The notes: generated by a model not told the origin, from the sequence alone. Positions 1 to 9,878 are shown, counted from the first letter of the stretch. The stretch is 20,000 nucleotides of DNA from an uncultured virus (IMG/VR IMGVR_UViG_3300017752_000005) (IMGVR_UViG_3300017752_000005), one strand, 5' to 3'. Program-made: numbers and translations.

Positions 1-102
1 TCAGAACTTATTTCTAAAATGCCCGAAAAAATCATATCAAAGTCAAAAATAAGTAACATTGACATGAATATGATGAAACTCTTTGAGAAAGTCTTGGGTT
101 AG
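1..102 (+). CDS. 3' end of a hypothetical protein entering from outside the window
   Basis: Frame 1 is open from base 1 to TAG at 100-102 (...KLFEKVLG*) and ends tail-to-tail with the amidase stop at 106. Confidence 0.4.
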   Translation, partial: SELISKMPEKIISKSKISNIDMNMMKLFEKVLG

Positions 103-105
103 ACT

Positions 106-816
106 CTATCCTATAAAGTAATCTACAATACCTTTGGTATAAATTTCTTCCAAGATATTCTTGTCTCTATAGTAAGTAGTCTCTTCCTGATTAGAACCAA
201 AATAAGGCTCTGTAATAACAGAAGGGCAATGAGTCTTTGAAAGGAAGCCAGAACCTCTATCACTAGAAGTTTTAGATTTGATGCCCCTATTTTTCATTTG
301 CGGGGTCTTTTCTTCTTGAGCTTTTAGCAAAGAGTCCGCTAAAGCTTTGGACGAGCTACTTGAGTGCCAGTAAAGATATTCATAACCAGCCGCGCTTGGA
401 GAGGCACTATTAAAATGTAGTTCAATAGCTATGTCAGCATCATACTTTTTAACCTGATCCCCTATCCAAGACATAGCTGATCCATAACCGCTGCCTTCGT
501 AATAATCAAAAACTTTACTTTCAATACCGTGAGATGATAATTTTTGGCTAAGATTGTGAGCGATTTGACCATTGTATGTGTGTTCTGAAACTCCGTCAGT
601 ATTAACCGCTCCGTTATCGCCACTTCTACTGTGACCGACACATATGGCTACCTTTTTTCCAGTAGGCTCAACTGGAACCTCAATAGGCTCAGTAGGCTGC
701 TCGTCTTCTTGTTCTTTCATTTCTTTTAACAATGAGTCTAATTTAACGCCCTCCCATTCCAATGCTTTTTGAATATCCAAAAGCTGTTTATACTGTTTAT
801 CGGAAACTCTCATCAT
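106..816 (-). CDS. N-acetylmuramoyl-L-alanine amidase (Amidase_3 family), probable endolysin
   Basis: Zn-ligand motifs VAICVGH, SE, ELHFNS and ITEPYF, preceded by a ~50 aa acidic/Pro-rich N-terminal extension. Confidence 0.9.
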   Translation of the reverse strand: MMRVSDKQYKQLLDIQKALEWEGVKLDSLLKEMKEQEDEQPTEPIEVPVEPTGKKVAICVGHSRSGDNGAVNTDGVSEHTYNGQIAHNLSQKLSSHGIESKVFDYYEGSGYGSAMSWIGDQVKKYDADIAIELHFNSASPSAAGYEYLYWHSSSSSKALADSLLKAQEEKTPQMKNRGIKSKTSSDRGSGFLSKTHCPSVITEPYFGSNQEETTYYRDKNILEEIYTKGIVDYFIG

Positions 817-820
817 AATA

Positions 821-855
821 AATTACACATTAAACGATTCAATATATGTGTAATT
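821..855. promoter_or_regulatory. Back-to-back GTGTAA motifs (putative late promoters) for the divergent amidase and peptidase genes
   Basis: AATTACACAT (821-830) and ATGTGTAATT (846-855) form a perfect 10-bp inverted pair. GTGTAA lies 6 nt before ATG 816 and 9 nt before ATG 863. Confidence 0.6.
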
Positions 856-862
856 AGTTTAA

Positions 863-1372
863 ATGACAAGATTTTTATTTCTGCTATACCCAATTGTAAT
901 ATTATTTCTTTCTAGTTGCGGAGGCGTAAGAGAAAGAACTCCAGAGAACCCAATTACAAAGGAAGAATCAGTGTCTGTTCAAAAGATAGTTTTTAAAAAC
1001 ATTTACAGAGATGTTCCTAAATGGGAAGAAGATGCCAAGGCTGGTGTGATCGAAGGCTTCAACAAATCAAAAGGCGCTCATAGATATAAGACATTTTTTG
1101 AAGAGTCTGATAATCAAGTAGGTTTAAAAATCAGTTATTTCCCAAGAAGGTATGGTTCACGGTGGTCGCCTCATTACAAGGGTGAAACTTATGGATACTT
1201 CCAGAAGGGCGGGGGCATCATACCCCCATCAGTAGGTATTACGGATAGGTTTCAAAATGACCCTAAATCCTTATCATACATCGCCTCACATGAAGCTGAT
1301 CATTTTTTTGGTAGAGAACACACTAAAGATAAAATAGGCTGGAAACCTTGGCCTACTGAAGCCGTAAAGTAA
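863..1372 (+). CDS. Putative lipoprotein zinc metallopeptidase (zincin-like)
   Basis: Hydrophobic N-terminus with lipobox LSSC and an HExxH motif (IASHEADHFFGREH). Confidence 0.6.
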   Translation: MTRFLFLLYPIVILFLSSCGGVRERTPENPITKEESVSVQKIVFKNIYRDVPKWEEDAKAGVIEGFNKSKGAHRYKTFFEESDNQVGLKISYFPRRYGSRWSPHYKGETYGYFQKGGGIIPPSVGITDRFQNDPKSLSYIASHEADHFFGREHTKDKIGWKPWPTEAVK

Positions 1373-3265
1373 TCAAGCACCAAAAGGCGTAAAGGTGTCA
1401 AAGGTCTTGACTTCTTCTGTTGTATTCATTGCGTCAAAATAAGTTTTGATAGCCCAATTACCCAATACAAGCGCAGAATAATTATCTTTTCTTGGTTTGT
1501 TCGGTCCAGTTTGACGAGACATATGTGGCGGCAATCTAAAGGTTTGAGAACCTTGAGGATTTGTCACCACTTCTACGTTAGCACATTGCTGTTTTGTTTG
1601 TTCTATTTTAGAAACCTGATGATCTAAGAAATCAATTTTAGCAGCACCAGAAGACTGTTTTTTAACCCTTGTGTCCCATTTTAAATCGTCAATAGGAATA
1701 TTTTTCTTTCTTTGTTTATTAAAATTTTCATCATGCGCTGGAGCAGCAAATAATATTCTTTTATGGTCGATGTTAGCTTGGAGCAATTCGTTAGCTTGTC
1801 TGATCCAATTAGAAGAAGGTTTTCTTAAAATACAATACTTATGCTGAGTTGGAGCAAGCTCTCTTTTGAAGGTATTTAAATCTTTAAGGTATGTCTCAGG
1901 CTTATCAAACTCGCCTTCTGTTTCTATGCCACTAAGATGGATTTTGCTTTCTTTAAATAGCTCACTCTCGTTGCAAGCAGAAACAAACTGAACGCCGCCA
2001 GCATAATCCAATACGACACACTGCACATTGAAATTTGTTATTAAGTAATGAAAATATTGAATATGTTTTTTAAGTCCTGTTCCAGCAAGACCGTAAGCAT
2101 GGACCAGACAGCCCTTCTGAGAGCTTTCATCTAATTCGAATACTTCCATAGCAAAATCATCAGACCCGCTATCCTCAGACCAAGAGGGGTCAATTGCGAC
2201 CACATACTTACGGTCAGGGTTTCCCGCTATCTGAACAAAAGGTGCATCTCCGTCTGGAACTGTGCAAGCCGCCATTTTAGAAAGCTTAAAATATGAATCT
2301 GATTCTGATACAAATTGACCGCCATACTCTTTATTGAATACAGCCTCAGACATAGTTTGCTTTGCTACTTGAAGTTGATTTTTGTCATAAAGAGCCTTTG
2401 GCGCACAATCGTAACTCAACTGAAAGATAATCCTGTAAGCATCTGCATCAAACTCTTCATCTACATCGGTCCTAATATCAACACCTAATATAGCATCTCT
2501 GTATTGACAATAAAGTTCATACATATACTCGAAAGTATAAGAAGGAGAAGAAAGCATGATCAGTTTGTTGTTGATCCATTTATACCTATCCTCTTCTTTC
2601 ATTTTTCCATTGGCAATCAATTCATCTTCTAGTAATGCCAAGTCCTCTCGCTCTGTCGGGTTGTCGATAACCCCAAGAAAAGGTAGAATAACTTCTTGAA
2701 AAATATTTTTTGGGATATTTAAAAACTCATCCAATAGTAGAACAGAAAAACGAAAACCCCTGAGTCGAGAACCGTCTGCTAGAGGTAGCGCCATAGCTTT
2801 GCTCATTCCACAACTCAAAGTCCATTGATCTGTTCCTTTCTGTAAAGTAAACATAGGAGATGCCATAGCAGCGGCGGGTTTTTTGAGTATGTCTTCGCAT
2901 TTTTGCAATATAAATTTAGCTTGTCTAAAACCACTAGAAAGAACTCCAATATTTATGCCTTGTCTGAATATTAATTGAAGCATCACATAAATCGCAGCAG
3001 ACCACGTTTTAGACATACCGCGAGATAGCACGAACATTGAGAAGTCGCCAATCATCATTGCCTTAATAAGCATTGCTTGAAAAGGAAACAGCTTCATCCC
3101 AATAATCATCTCTGATGCTAATGAAATATTATTCCTTAAAAATTTACATAAGAGAACCTTAGCTTCACCCTCTTGGATAAAACCCTCTTTCTCTAACACC
3201 TCTTCGTTTACAGCCCTCGCAGAATATTCCATGCGGCGACCTTGAATTCCTTTACTCCAAGCCAT
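1373..3265 (-). CDS. terL: Terminase large subunit
   Basis: Adenine-binding LFPFQ, Walker A SRGMSKT, Walker B LLLDE, coupling motif LSS, EYGGQF, RNase H-like VAIDPS and C-terminal KDNYSAL. Confidence 0.9.
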   Translation of the reverse strand: MAWSKGIQGRRMEYSARAVNEEVLEKEGFIQEGEAKVLLCKFLRNNISLASEMIIGMKLFPFQAMLIKAMMIGDFSMFVLSRGMSKTWSAAIYVMLQLIFRQGINIGVLSSGFRQAKFILQKCEDILKKPAAAMASPMFTLQKGTDQWTLSCGMSKAMALPLADGSRLRGFRFSVLLLDEFLNIPKNIFQEVILPFLGVIDNPTEREDLALLEDELIANGKMKEEDRYKWINNKLIMLSSPSYTFEYMYELYCQYRDAILGVDIRTDVDEEFDADAYRIIFQLSYDCAPKALYDKNQLQVAKQTMSEAVFNKEYGGQFVSESDSYFKLSKMAACTVPDGDAPFVQIAGNPDRKYVVAIDPSWSEDSGSDDFAMEVFELDESSQKGCLVHAYGLAGTGLKKHIQYFHYLITNFNVQCVVLDYAGGVQFVSACNESELFKESKIHLSGIETEGEFDKPETYLKDLNTFKRELAPTQHKYCILRKPSSNWIRQANELLQANIDHKRILFAAPAHDENFNKQRKKNIPIDDLKWDTRVKKQSSGAAKIDFLDHQVSKIEQTKQQCANVEVVTNPQGSQTFRLPPHMSRQTGPNKPRKDNYSALVLGNWAIKTYFDAMNTTEEVKTFDTFTPFGA

Positions 3266-4178
3266 GTCTTTTATCTAAAAAATATTGAAAATCGCAGTCC
3301 CATAAAATAGGACCATTAAATAATATACGTTTTGTTATATCATTAGCTTCTCCTCTACTATCGCAGAATACAATTTGACTATTATCTGGATAAGAAAGAA
3401 GAAAGTCTCTTACATTATGAAAAATATAATTTAACCTAGAAGGATGTTTCGAAATCTCGTTTTCTTGTTCTATTTGCTTTATGCTGGCTTCAACAACTAC
3501 AAAAAGATAAGAATCAAACTGCTTCGCCCTTTCCGCTTCTTGTTTGAACCTTTGATAACCTTTTCCAAATGTTCCTTTAAAATCCTCCAAGCTCTTTCTG
3601 TCTACGTAAGTTTTATTAAAAAAATTTCCAGAAGCAACGTAGTCGCCAAAATCTAATTTATTGATAATGCTATTTTTAAATTCAAAAGGCTTTTGCTCTC
3701 TAGTGTCTACAAAGACCGTCATTTCATCTAGCCCCTTGTCTCTATCCCAAAAGCTCTTAGGCAATTTTTCTGTATATATTTGCCTCAAATCAGATTGATC
3801 AGCAAAACAAGCACAAGATTCAAATAATTTTTTGATAACCTTAACACCAGAGAGCTTACTAAATTTAAAGTAATTATCGCAAGGAATGAAGTCTATATTT
3901 TTATATTTAGCGTGAGTTAAAAATTCTTCTAAATATACTTTACGAGATTCTGAAGCTGGAGTAGAGGAGTAATAAGCCTCTCTGTTTTCTGATGAATTAA
4001 AAAATGTAGAGAAGTATCTATCTTTGTTCTTGAACTTTATTAGAGATCCATCGTATAAATCCAAGCGAGGATAGTGGGTATGATAATACACCTCTTGACC
4101 CCCATGAACCTTAACGTGAGAGTGAAGACCACGTAATGTTTTAAATGTAGCGCCACATTGCTTACAAGTAACACTCAT
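3252..4178 (-). CDS. C2H2 zinc finger plus ERCC4/XPF-like nuclease domain protein
   Basis: N-terminal CKQC..F.....L..HVKVH and C-terminal VDTREQKP...LDFGDY...DRKSLEDF (ERCC4 GDxnERKx3D-like). Overlaps the terL start by 14 nt. Confidence 0.75.
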   Translation of the reverse strand: MSVTCKQCGATFKTLRGLHSHVKVHGGQEVYYHTHYPRLDLYDGSLIKFKNKDRYFSTFFNSSENREAYYSSTPASESRKVYLEEFLTHAKYKNIDFIPCDNYFKFSKLSGVKVIKKLFESCACFADQSDLRQIYTEKLPKSFWDRDKGLDEMTVFVDTREQKPFEFKNSIINKLDFGDYVASGNFFNKTYVDRKSLEDFKGTFGKGYQRFKQEAERAKQFDSYLFVVVEASIKQIEQENEISKHPSRLNYIFHNVRDFLLSYPDNSQIVFCDSRGEANDITKRILFNGPILWDCDFQYFLDKRHGLE

Positions 4179-5239
4179 AAGAGTTCCTCTTTGCTTGTTC
4201 CAAATATACGAGCTTTGTATTCGTCTAAAGATTCTAGTCTATCTGCCTCTTTTTCAACGAGTGACAGTCTTTGTTCTGCCATCATTACTAGCCTTTGCCT
4301 TTCTTCCTCATCTTGAAAGGCTTCTACTAAAGAAAGAATGTTTTGAGTGTTTTCACCCTTCTTTTCTAGTTTTTTGGCTCTATCACCATTTAGTTTTTGA
4401 GTTAAGCTTTCGATCCTTTTTTCACAAGCATTCAACTCATCGTTGGTAGCCTTAATATGTTCTGTAAGGCGCATATTGATGTCTTGGCTCTCAAGCTCCT
4501 CGTTTTCGAGCATATCAGTAAAGATATCCATTCTGTTTTGAATGTGCTTGGCCCTGACAAAATTAGAACAAATCATCATATAAAGATTGAGTTCGTCAGT
4601 CGTTAAGTCTGGTTTGTCCCATGTTGCTCTTACAAATTCCGATTCAAACAAATCCCTGTCGGCATCTGTTCGATAAGCGTTAACTGTAGTAATTAATTTA
4701 TGAATGTTTAAATATTCAAGTAGCCTCTCTGTGTTCTTCCTTTGCTTCGCAGGGAGTTCGTCAGGATTCTCCTTCAAGCTTGTAGCGCACCATTTGTTGC
4801 ACCTTCTAATAGCCATAGAATGAGACTTAGGAGAATGCCATTTTCCGTCTGCGGCTTTGGCACTTGAGTCAATCACATCTGGTCTAAATTTTTCTAAAAA
4901 TTCAATAACTGATCTATGACTTGCATCTAACGATTTAACGTCAGGTGTTTGAAATACCACCCTTGCAATCTCAAGAGCGGTCATTGAAGATGAAACTTGA
5001 TTAGACATAAGGACAGACTTTTGACTATCCGTTAACTCTACGTTAGTTTTTTTTGTGCTTTTGGTTGTATTATATTTCATTCCCTCTGAAACAAGGAAAT
5101 CTCTAACTGCACGACCCTCTTGCGATCTACCATCAAGGTCTTCGTTTTTGAAAACGTTTTTGGTAATCTCGATTAAGTCTTGGGTGACTTTAAAAGTATT
5201 TCTAATAGACTCCCTTTGCTCTGCTGTTAGCTCAACCAT
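4175..5239 (-). CDS. Hypothetical coiled-coil protein in the packaging operon (possible small terminase)
   Basis: 354 aa ORF overlapping both neighbours, with a charged helical C-terminus. The TerS role is inferred from position only. Confidence 0.55.
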   Translation of the reverse strand: MVELTAEQRESIRNTFKVTQDLIEITKNVFKNEDLDGRSQEGRAVRDFLVSEGMKYNTTKSTKKTNVELTDSQKSVLMSNQVSSSMTALEIARVVFQTPDVKSLDASHRSVIEFLEKFRPDVIDSSAKAADGKWHSPKSHSMAIRRCNKWCATSLKENPDELPAKQRKNTERLLEYLNIHKLITTVNAYRTDADRDLFESEFVRATWDKPDLTTDELNLYMMICSNFVRAKHIQNRMDIFTDMLENEELESQDINMRLTEHIKATNDELNACEKRIESLTQKLNGDRAKKLEKKGENTQNILSLVEAFQDEEERQRLVMMAEQRLSLVEKEADRLESLDEYKARIFGTSKEELL

Positions 5240-5919
5240 TATTCAATAATATCCTCCGAATCAAGTATTTCACGGGCTAGTTCAGCGAATCTCTTTTTTA
5301 AATTGTCTAATTGCTTATACCTTTTTTTCTTTTTCGCGCTCTCAGGTTTAAATCCCATTTTAAAAGCGACCTCTTCATCAGACTTATTTTCAAGAAACAA
5401 CATTGTATAAACTTCTTTATGTCTTTCGTTGTTTAACTCTCTTAGAACTATAGCATGTAATTTATCTGCGCTTTTTTCGTAATCAAATTGATCATATAAA
5501 TCTGTAGAAGCTGTTATAACCCTACCTTCTAAGGGAAGAGGAAGCTTAACGTCATAAACCTTTTTCTTCTTTTTCAGCCACTTAGCATAATCTGGACAGG
5601 AATCGTCTTGCTGTTTTGATCTTGTAAACGCGCATCCGTCTTCAGAAACATAATGCTTACATCTCAAACATGGTTTAGAAAAAGTAAGGTAATGATTCCT
5701 TATTAAATTTCTAATTTGATTCTGAACGACCTGTCTACACCAAGGCTTGAACGGTCTTTCTTGTATCCATAAATCCCATTTCTCATTGATGTGAATACGG
5801 ATTATCTGTTTTACATCATCGTAATCGAACCATTGAATAGCATCTAATTGCCATTTACTCCTATTTATGTCGAGAAGCTGATCAATCTCTTCGATTTTAT
5901 CTTCGAAGCTTTCTCGCAT
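5239..5919 (-). CDS. Phage RNA polymerase sigma-factor-like protein
   Basis: Region-2-like DDVKQIIRIHI..KW....ERPFKPWCRQVVQNQIRNLIR, region-4 HTH-like EVYTMLFLENKSDEEVAFKMGF, and a Cys-rich insert between them. Confidence 0.7.
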   Translation of the reverse strand: MRESFEDKIEEIDQLLDINRSKWQLDAIQWFDYDDVKQIIRIHINEKWDLWIQERPFKPWCRQVVQNQIRNLIRNHYLTFSKPCLRCKHYVSEDGCAFTRSKQQDDSCPDYAKWLKKKKKVYDVKLPLPLEGRVITASTDLYDQFDYEKSADKLHAIVLRELNNERHKEVYTMLFLENKSDEEVAFKMGFKPESAKKKKRYKQLDNLKKRFAELAREILDSEDIIE

Positions 5920-5923
5920 GTTA

Positions 5924-6289
5924 TCACTTGCCGAGTTCCCTGCTTTTAGTCACCCTACCAAATTCTTTCATGGTAGATTTAACTACATCTTTCCCCTTGA
6001 AACCTTTGGGGCGATGATGCCGCGCGGGAGGTGCATCTGATCCAGCAATGGACCCGAATGTAGGAAAGCCAGAGTTGTCTACTTGAGTAGACCAGCCTTG
6101 AGATAATTTATCTTTGTTTAATTGAGGCATTTGCTCAGATTGCTCTAAAACCTCTTCTTCAGAAGAATTAGCTCTAGAGACGATAGCACCGCCTACGTTA
6201 AAAGGTTGCCCACATCCAGCGCAGAATTTAGGCTTAACGCTCTCAAATAAGTTTTTATGTCCACACTGGACGCAAAATTCGTGCATCAT
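5924..6289 (-). CDS. Zinc-ribbon protein
   Basis: FCVQCG....KPKFCAGCG double CxxC at the N-terminus. Confidence 0.7.
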   Translation of the reverse strand: MMHEFCVQCGHKNLFESVKPKFCAGCGQPFNVGGAIVSRANSSEEEVLEQSEQMPQLNKDKLSQGWSTQVDNSGFPTFGSIAGSDAPPARHHRPKGFKGKDVVKSTMKEFGRVTKSRELGK

Positions 6290-6340
6290 TACAAAATTTT
6301 GGTTACACGTAATTATAAATGTTTGGAAAGATTATTACAA

Positions 6341-7018
6341 TTAAATAATTTCTTCTATTTGATCTAATAGAAAAGAAATAACTTCATCTCTTTGAATATC
6401 TCCTTTGTCGAAAGCTAAATGGTAAACACCGTTTTCCTTAGATTCCTCGCTATCGAAAAGCTTACATAACTGAGAAAAACCAGAATTTTTTATATCGCTT
6501 TGAAAAGCGTCTCCACAAATAAAAAGCCTTGTCCCTTTATTCATTCTGGTAAGAACCGTAATTAATTCTTTCATCGTTGCGTTCTGCATTTCATCAGCTA
6601 TTACAACGCGCTGTTTCCAATCCTGACCCCTGATAAAGTTGACAGGAGAGCCAAGCAAAGCATTACTTCTTTTAAGTCTTTGTTTATCTGGTGCTTGTAG
6701 CATCTCATCGACTTTTTCTTCTAAAGGAGCTAGATAAGGACTGAATTTCTCATCCTCGCCGCCTTTGAGGTATCCCAAACTTCGTTCGGCAGATTCTACG
6801 ACAGTTCTTAAATAAAGAATGTCAGAGCAATCTCCATCCGACCATAAAGATAAAGCTGTATAGATTGAAAGAAAAGATTTAGAAGAACCCGCTGGACCCG
6901 AAAGGAATACCACTTTTGTTTTTGGGTCTGACATGATTTTAAAAAATTCATGCTGCTTTTTGGTGAGTTCTATGTGCCTCATGTTGAGGCCCGACCTAGA
7001 GGTTGATTTCTGAGGCAT
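6341..7018 (-). CDS. phoH: PhoH-family ATPase
   Basis: GPAGSSKS Walker A, LGYLKG..EKFSPY, FIRG, ADEMQN, LTR, GDAFQSD and DIQR are all PhoH signatures. Confidence 0.93.
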   Translation of the reverse strand: MPQKSTSRSGLNMRHIELTKKQHEFFKIMSDPKTKVVFLSGPAGSSKSFLSIYTALSLWSDGDCSDILYLRTVVESAERSLGYLKGGEDEKFSPYLAPLEEKVDEMLQAPDKQRLKRSNALLGSPVNFIRGQDWKQRVVIADEMQNATMKELITVLTRMNKGTRLFICGDAFQSDIKNSGFSQLCKLFDSEESKENGVYHLAFDKGDIQRDEVISFLLDQIEEII

Positions 7019-7041
7019 ATATAATAAATTACACTTTTTAA

Positions 7042-7070
7042 TTGACTTCTAGATAAAACTAATGTATCAT
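7042..7070 (+). promoter_or_regulatory. sigma70-like promoter, probably leaderless
   Basis: TTGACT (7042-7047), 17 nt, TATCAT (7065-7070), then ATG 6 nt later at 7077. Confidence 0.65.
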
Positions 7071-7076
7071 TTTAAT

Positions 7077-7349
7077 ATGATTTCTTTTTGTAGAACAAAG
7101 GAGGAAAAGATTACCTTGACGGAACGAGAGTGCCGCGATGTAACCTCTATTTTCCTACGTCAAAAATTCTTTCCAGAACTTACAATGTGTGACGTTTGGA
7201 CAGAGGTTTACATCGAAAATGATAAGATATGCGAAGCGAGCATACACCCTCATAAAGAAGAGCGTATTCGCGCAAAAACAAAAAGGGTTCTTACAGAAAA
7301 AGATAAACTTATCTGGAGTCTTATTGAGGAGCTAGAAGCACCCTTTTAA
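7077..7349 (+). CDS. Hypothetical protein (90 aa; start moved from 7062 to 7077)
   Basis: The ORF fills the gap between two minus-strand genes. The ATG at 7062 lies within the promoter spacer, so 7077 is preferred. Confidence 0.6.
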   Translation: MISFCRTKEEKITLTERECRDVTSIFLRQKFFPELTMCDVWTEVYIENDKICEASIHPHKEERIRAKTKRVLTEKDKLIWSLIEELEAPF

Positions 7350-7352
7350 CAA

Positions 7353-7796
7353 TTACTCTCCGTCAGTAAACTCTCTCATACTAAGCTCTTTAGCAGAAAG
7401 GGGTCTAGCGTCTTCGTCCAAAGTGATAGATCCATCTTCTTGGACAGTGTAAGGGAACATGAGGTCTAGGTAATTAGTAATATCTCTACTAGAAGTAACT
7501 CCTTCTTTTTGCGACTCCAGAAACTGCAAAAGCTCATTAGATTTAGCGAAAAGCTCAGAAGCGTCTGTTCCAATCTTGTTAAGAATCTTCTTTGTATCAT
7601 CCCATCTTTTTCTAGGGAAAGTTCCTTCCATTCCCCAAAGAGATGTCATCGTAAGTTGCCAATTTATCAAATTAGATTGGAAGATGTCAGATGGAGCTTC
7701 AAGTAACTGAACCGCTCTTTTTGAGGTTTCTGCTTGTGTTTTCTGCTGATTCTTGGATTTCTTCAAATCTTTGTCGTTATCGTCTAATAAACTCAT
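7353..7796 (-). CDS. Hypothetical protein
   Basis: 147 aa ORF with a GTGTAA motif (7812-7817) 15 nt upstream. Confidence 0.7.
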   Translation of the reverse strand: MSLLDDNDKDLKKSKNQQKTQAETSKRAVQLLEAPSDIFQSNLINWQLTMTSLWGMEGTFPRKRWDDTKKILNKIGTDASELFAKSNELLQFLESQKEGVTSSRDITNYLDLMFPYTVQEDGSITLDEDARPLSAKELSMREFTDGE

Positions 7797-7850
7797 AATA
7801 TTTTTATATTCTTACACTATGTTAATCTTGATTGGGTGATTTTTAATACA

Positions 7851-9083
7851 TTAAGATTTAACACAAGTAACGTCTACCGTTGCTACCCACTTGATTGTTT
7901 TACTTGTCTCACCTGTAACCTTGGCTACCAAAGCATCATTTGTATCATCTGCCTCTAAGGTAAAATCCCAAGTATTAGCGCCTGTAGTCTTTTTGTGGAA
8001 GTTCTCAGTTACAGTCTGTATCAAAGCTGTTGTAGCACCATTTCGATGTATGCCACCTTGTATTTCGAAAACGCAAGAATCTGTGCCATCCCTACCTGCA
8101 AGTGTAGCTACGAAAATCCAAGTTTCTCCAGCATTTAAAGTCATTCTTTGCGTTGCACTAGAACCATCCAGAAACAATTCTGTCTGAGTATTATTTGAAG
8201 TGGTGTTAGCAATAACAAATTTTGCAAATTGAGCCTCTCCAAGTCCAAAGCCTCCTTTAAGACCACCTCCAAAAGCATATTGACCAAATTTGTCTGCATT
8301 GCCTTTATAGCCACCAGCTATAGCAGAGTAATGTGCAGAAGCAGTATTTTCTCTTCCTCCACCCACGGCAGAATACTGACTGCTAACAGTATTGTCATAA
8401 CCTCCTACGATAGAAGAGTAAGTTTGGGTAATGTTATTAGTATTTCCACCACCTATAATCGTGTAAGGACCGCTTGAAGTATTGTTGTCGCCGCCTCCTA
8501 CAAAGATGTGGTTAGAAGTAGCCTGATTCCTTTCTCCACCAACAACACTTGAATGTTCTTCGGTGACTTTGTTGTTTCTTCCAGCGCCAATAAAGTCATA
8601 ATCTCTAGATGTTGCATTGGACCTTCCACCTACAATAACAGAATTTCTTGATGATGCGTTTACAGAGTTAGAACCGCCTCCACCAATAAAAGAATAAAAT
8701 GCACCAGTGGCAACACTGTTTGTTAGTCCACCTGCAATAACGCTGTGGTTTGCGCCACCAATAATACTATTGTTCTCTCCTCCTAAAATAGAAGAATTTG
8801 TCGCAGCAGCAACCTGATTTGAGGCAGCGCGGAGTGTTTGGAGGTCTACAGAAGATTCTCCTCGCGCACTACCAAGACCACCACCAGATACATTTGGATC
8901 TCTTGATCTAATATTATGATCGTTTGAATCAGTCCCTTGAACCGTTCCCGCTACACCAGAAACAGGTATAGCGTTCATTGGAACACGGATTTCTTCATTG
9001 CTCGATGCTGAATATCCTACCACAAAATCTCCTGTGGCTGGAGTTAAACTTTGTGCGAAATCTGTAAATTTTTTATCTGCCAT
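7851..9083 (-). CDS. Tail-fibre/adhesin-like protein with GGxxN beta-helix repeats
   Basis: About a dozen ~14-15 aa repeats (S.I.GG..N), an N-terminal KKFTDF anchor-like segment and a C-terminal beta-rich domain. Confidence 0.7.
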   Translation of the reverse strand: MADKKFTDFAQSLTPATGDFVVGYSASSNEEIRVPMNAIPVSGVAGTVQGTDSNDHNIRSRDPNVSGGGLGSARGESSVDLQTLRAASNQVAAATNSSILGGENNSIIGGANHSVIAGGLTNSVATGAFYSFIGGGGSNSVNASSRNSVIVGGRSNATSRDYDFIGAGRNNKVTEEHSSVVGGERNQATSNHIFVGGGDNNTSSGPYTIIGGGNTNNITQTYSSIVGGYDNTVSSQYSAVGGGRENTASAHYSAIAGGYKGNADKFGQYAFGGGLKGGFGLGEAQFAKFVIANTTSNNTQTELFLDGSSATQRMTLNAGETWIFVATLAGRDGTDSCVFEIQGGIHRNGATTALIQTVTENFHKKTTGANTWDFTLEADDTNDALVAKVTGETSKTIKWVATVDVTCVKS

Positions 9084-9086
9084 TTA

Positions 9087-9383
9087 TTAAATTCTAGAAA
9101 TTTTTTCAGAGTTTTCTACCACTTCAATAAACTTACCATCAATGGTTCGTAAATAATCAAGTGGTTGAGGTTGAGTAGGTCTACCTCCCGCGCCATGCGG
9201 GGTTTTAAGTAGCTCTTCTCTCTGTAATACTATACACCGTTTATTGAATTCTCGCCACACATGATGTGCAGCCCAATTGTCTTCAATATAACCGCTTTCG
9301 TAATCTCTTATTATTCTAGATTTTACATCAGGAAGTTCAGACGCTAAAGCAATATGGATTTCTGCAACTGTTATAACAGCCAT
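9087..9383 (-). CDS. Hypothetical protein, paralog of the N-terminal domain of 11172..12782
   Basis: Shares ITV.EIH...EL....SRI...Y.SG.I.DN.A..H.WREFN.RC with the 2xLamG protein. Confidence 0.75.
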   Translation of the reverse strand: MAVITVAEIHIALASELPDVKSRIIRDYESGYIEDNWAAHHVWREFNKRCIVLQREELLKTPHGAGGRPTQPQPLDYLRTIDGKFIEVVENSEKISRI

Positions 9384-9413
9384 TGTTATCCTTTTTCTAT
9401 ATTAGTTTTAAAA

Positions 9414-9878
9414 TTAAATTATTTGTGAGGCTTCGATAAAAATTGTGTCAACTTGCTCATCAGAAAGATTAAAGTCGTTCTTGAGTTCAATGACTAGAGG
9501 GTGATCGACAGGGATAAAATCTGCGTGATCCCACCTTACTTTAGCCTCAGTTCCCTTGGATGAGATCGCTGCATCTAAATCTTCTAGATTTAAAATATCG
9601 CTATTTATAATGGCGAGCCTCAACTGTAATCGGCTAACTTCTTGAAAAACTAAGTTTTGCGAAGAATCAACGATCTCCCAAGTGTCGCTTTCTTTGGTTA
9701 GATTTCTTATGACTTCTTTGCCATCAGGAACCTCTGGTTTCTCCATTATTGGAACGTAAGTATATCCATCAGGAGAACTAAACTCTTGACCTTTTGCGAG
9801 TTGGCGAATAGGAGGAAAGCCGCCAATGGGACTAGATGCCCTCTCCAGTGGGTTGATTTTAATTAGTTGATGTTTCAT
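9414..9878 (-). CDS. Phage tail-fibre-associated (chaperone-like) protein
   Basis: C-terminal VSRLQLRLA...W..A..I...HPLV..L....LSDEQVD.IF..A pattern seen in small genes beside tail fibres. It also lies within the fibre operon. Confidence 0.55.
   Translation of the reverse strand: MKHQLIKINPLERASSPIGGFPPIRQLAKGQEFSSPDGYTYVPIMEKPEVPDGKEVIRNLTKESDTWEIVDSSQNLVFQEVSRLQLRLAIINSDILNLEDLDAAISSKGTEAKVRWDHADFIPVDHPLVIELKNDFNLSDEQVDTIFIEASQII

Noticed and set aside
7851..9083. Diversity-generating retroelement target or ice-nucleation repeats in the fibre gene
   Set aside because: No nucleotide-level TR/VR duplicate or reverse transcriptase was seen, and the repeats are GGxxN type rather than the AGYGST ice-nucleation type.
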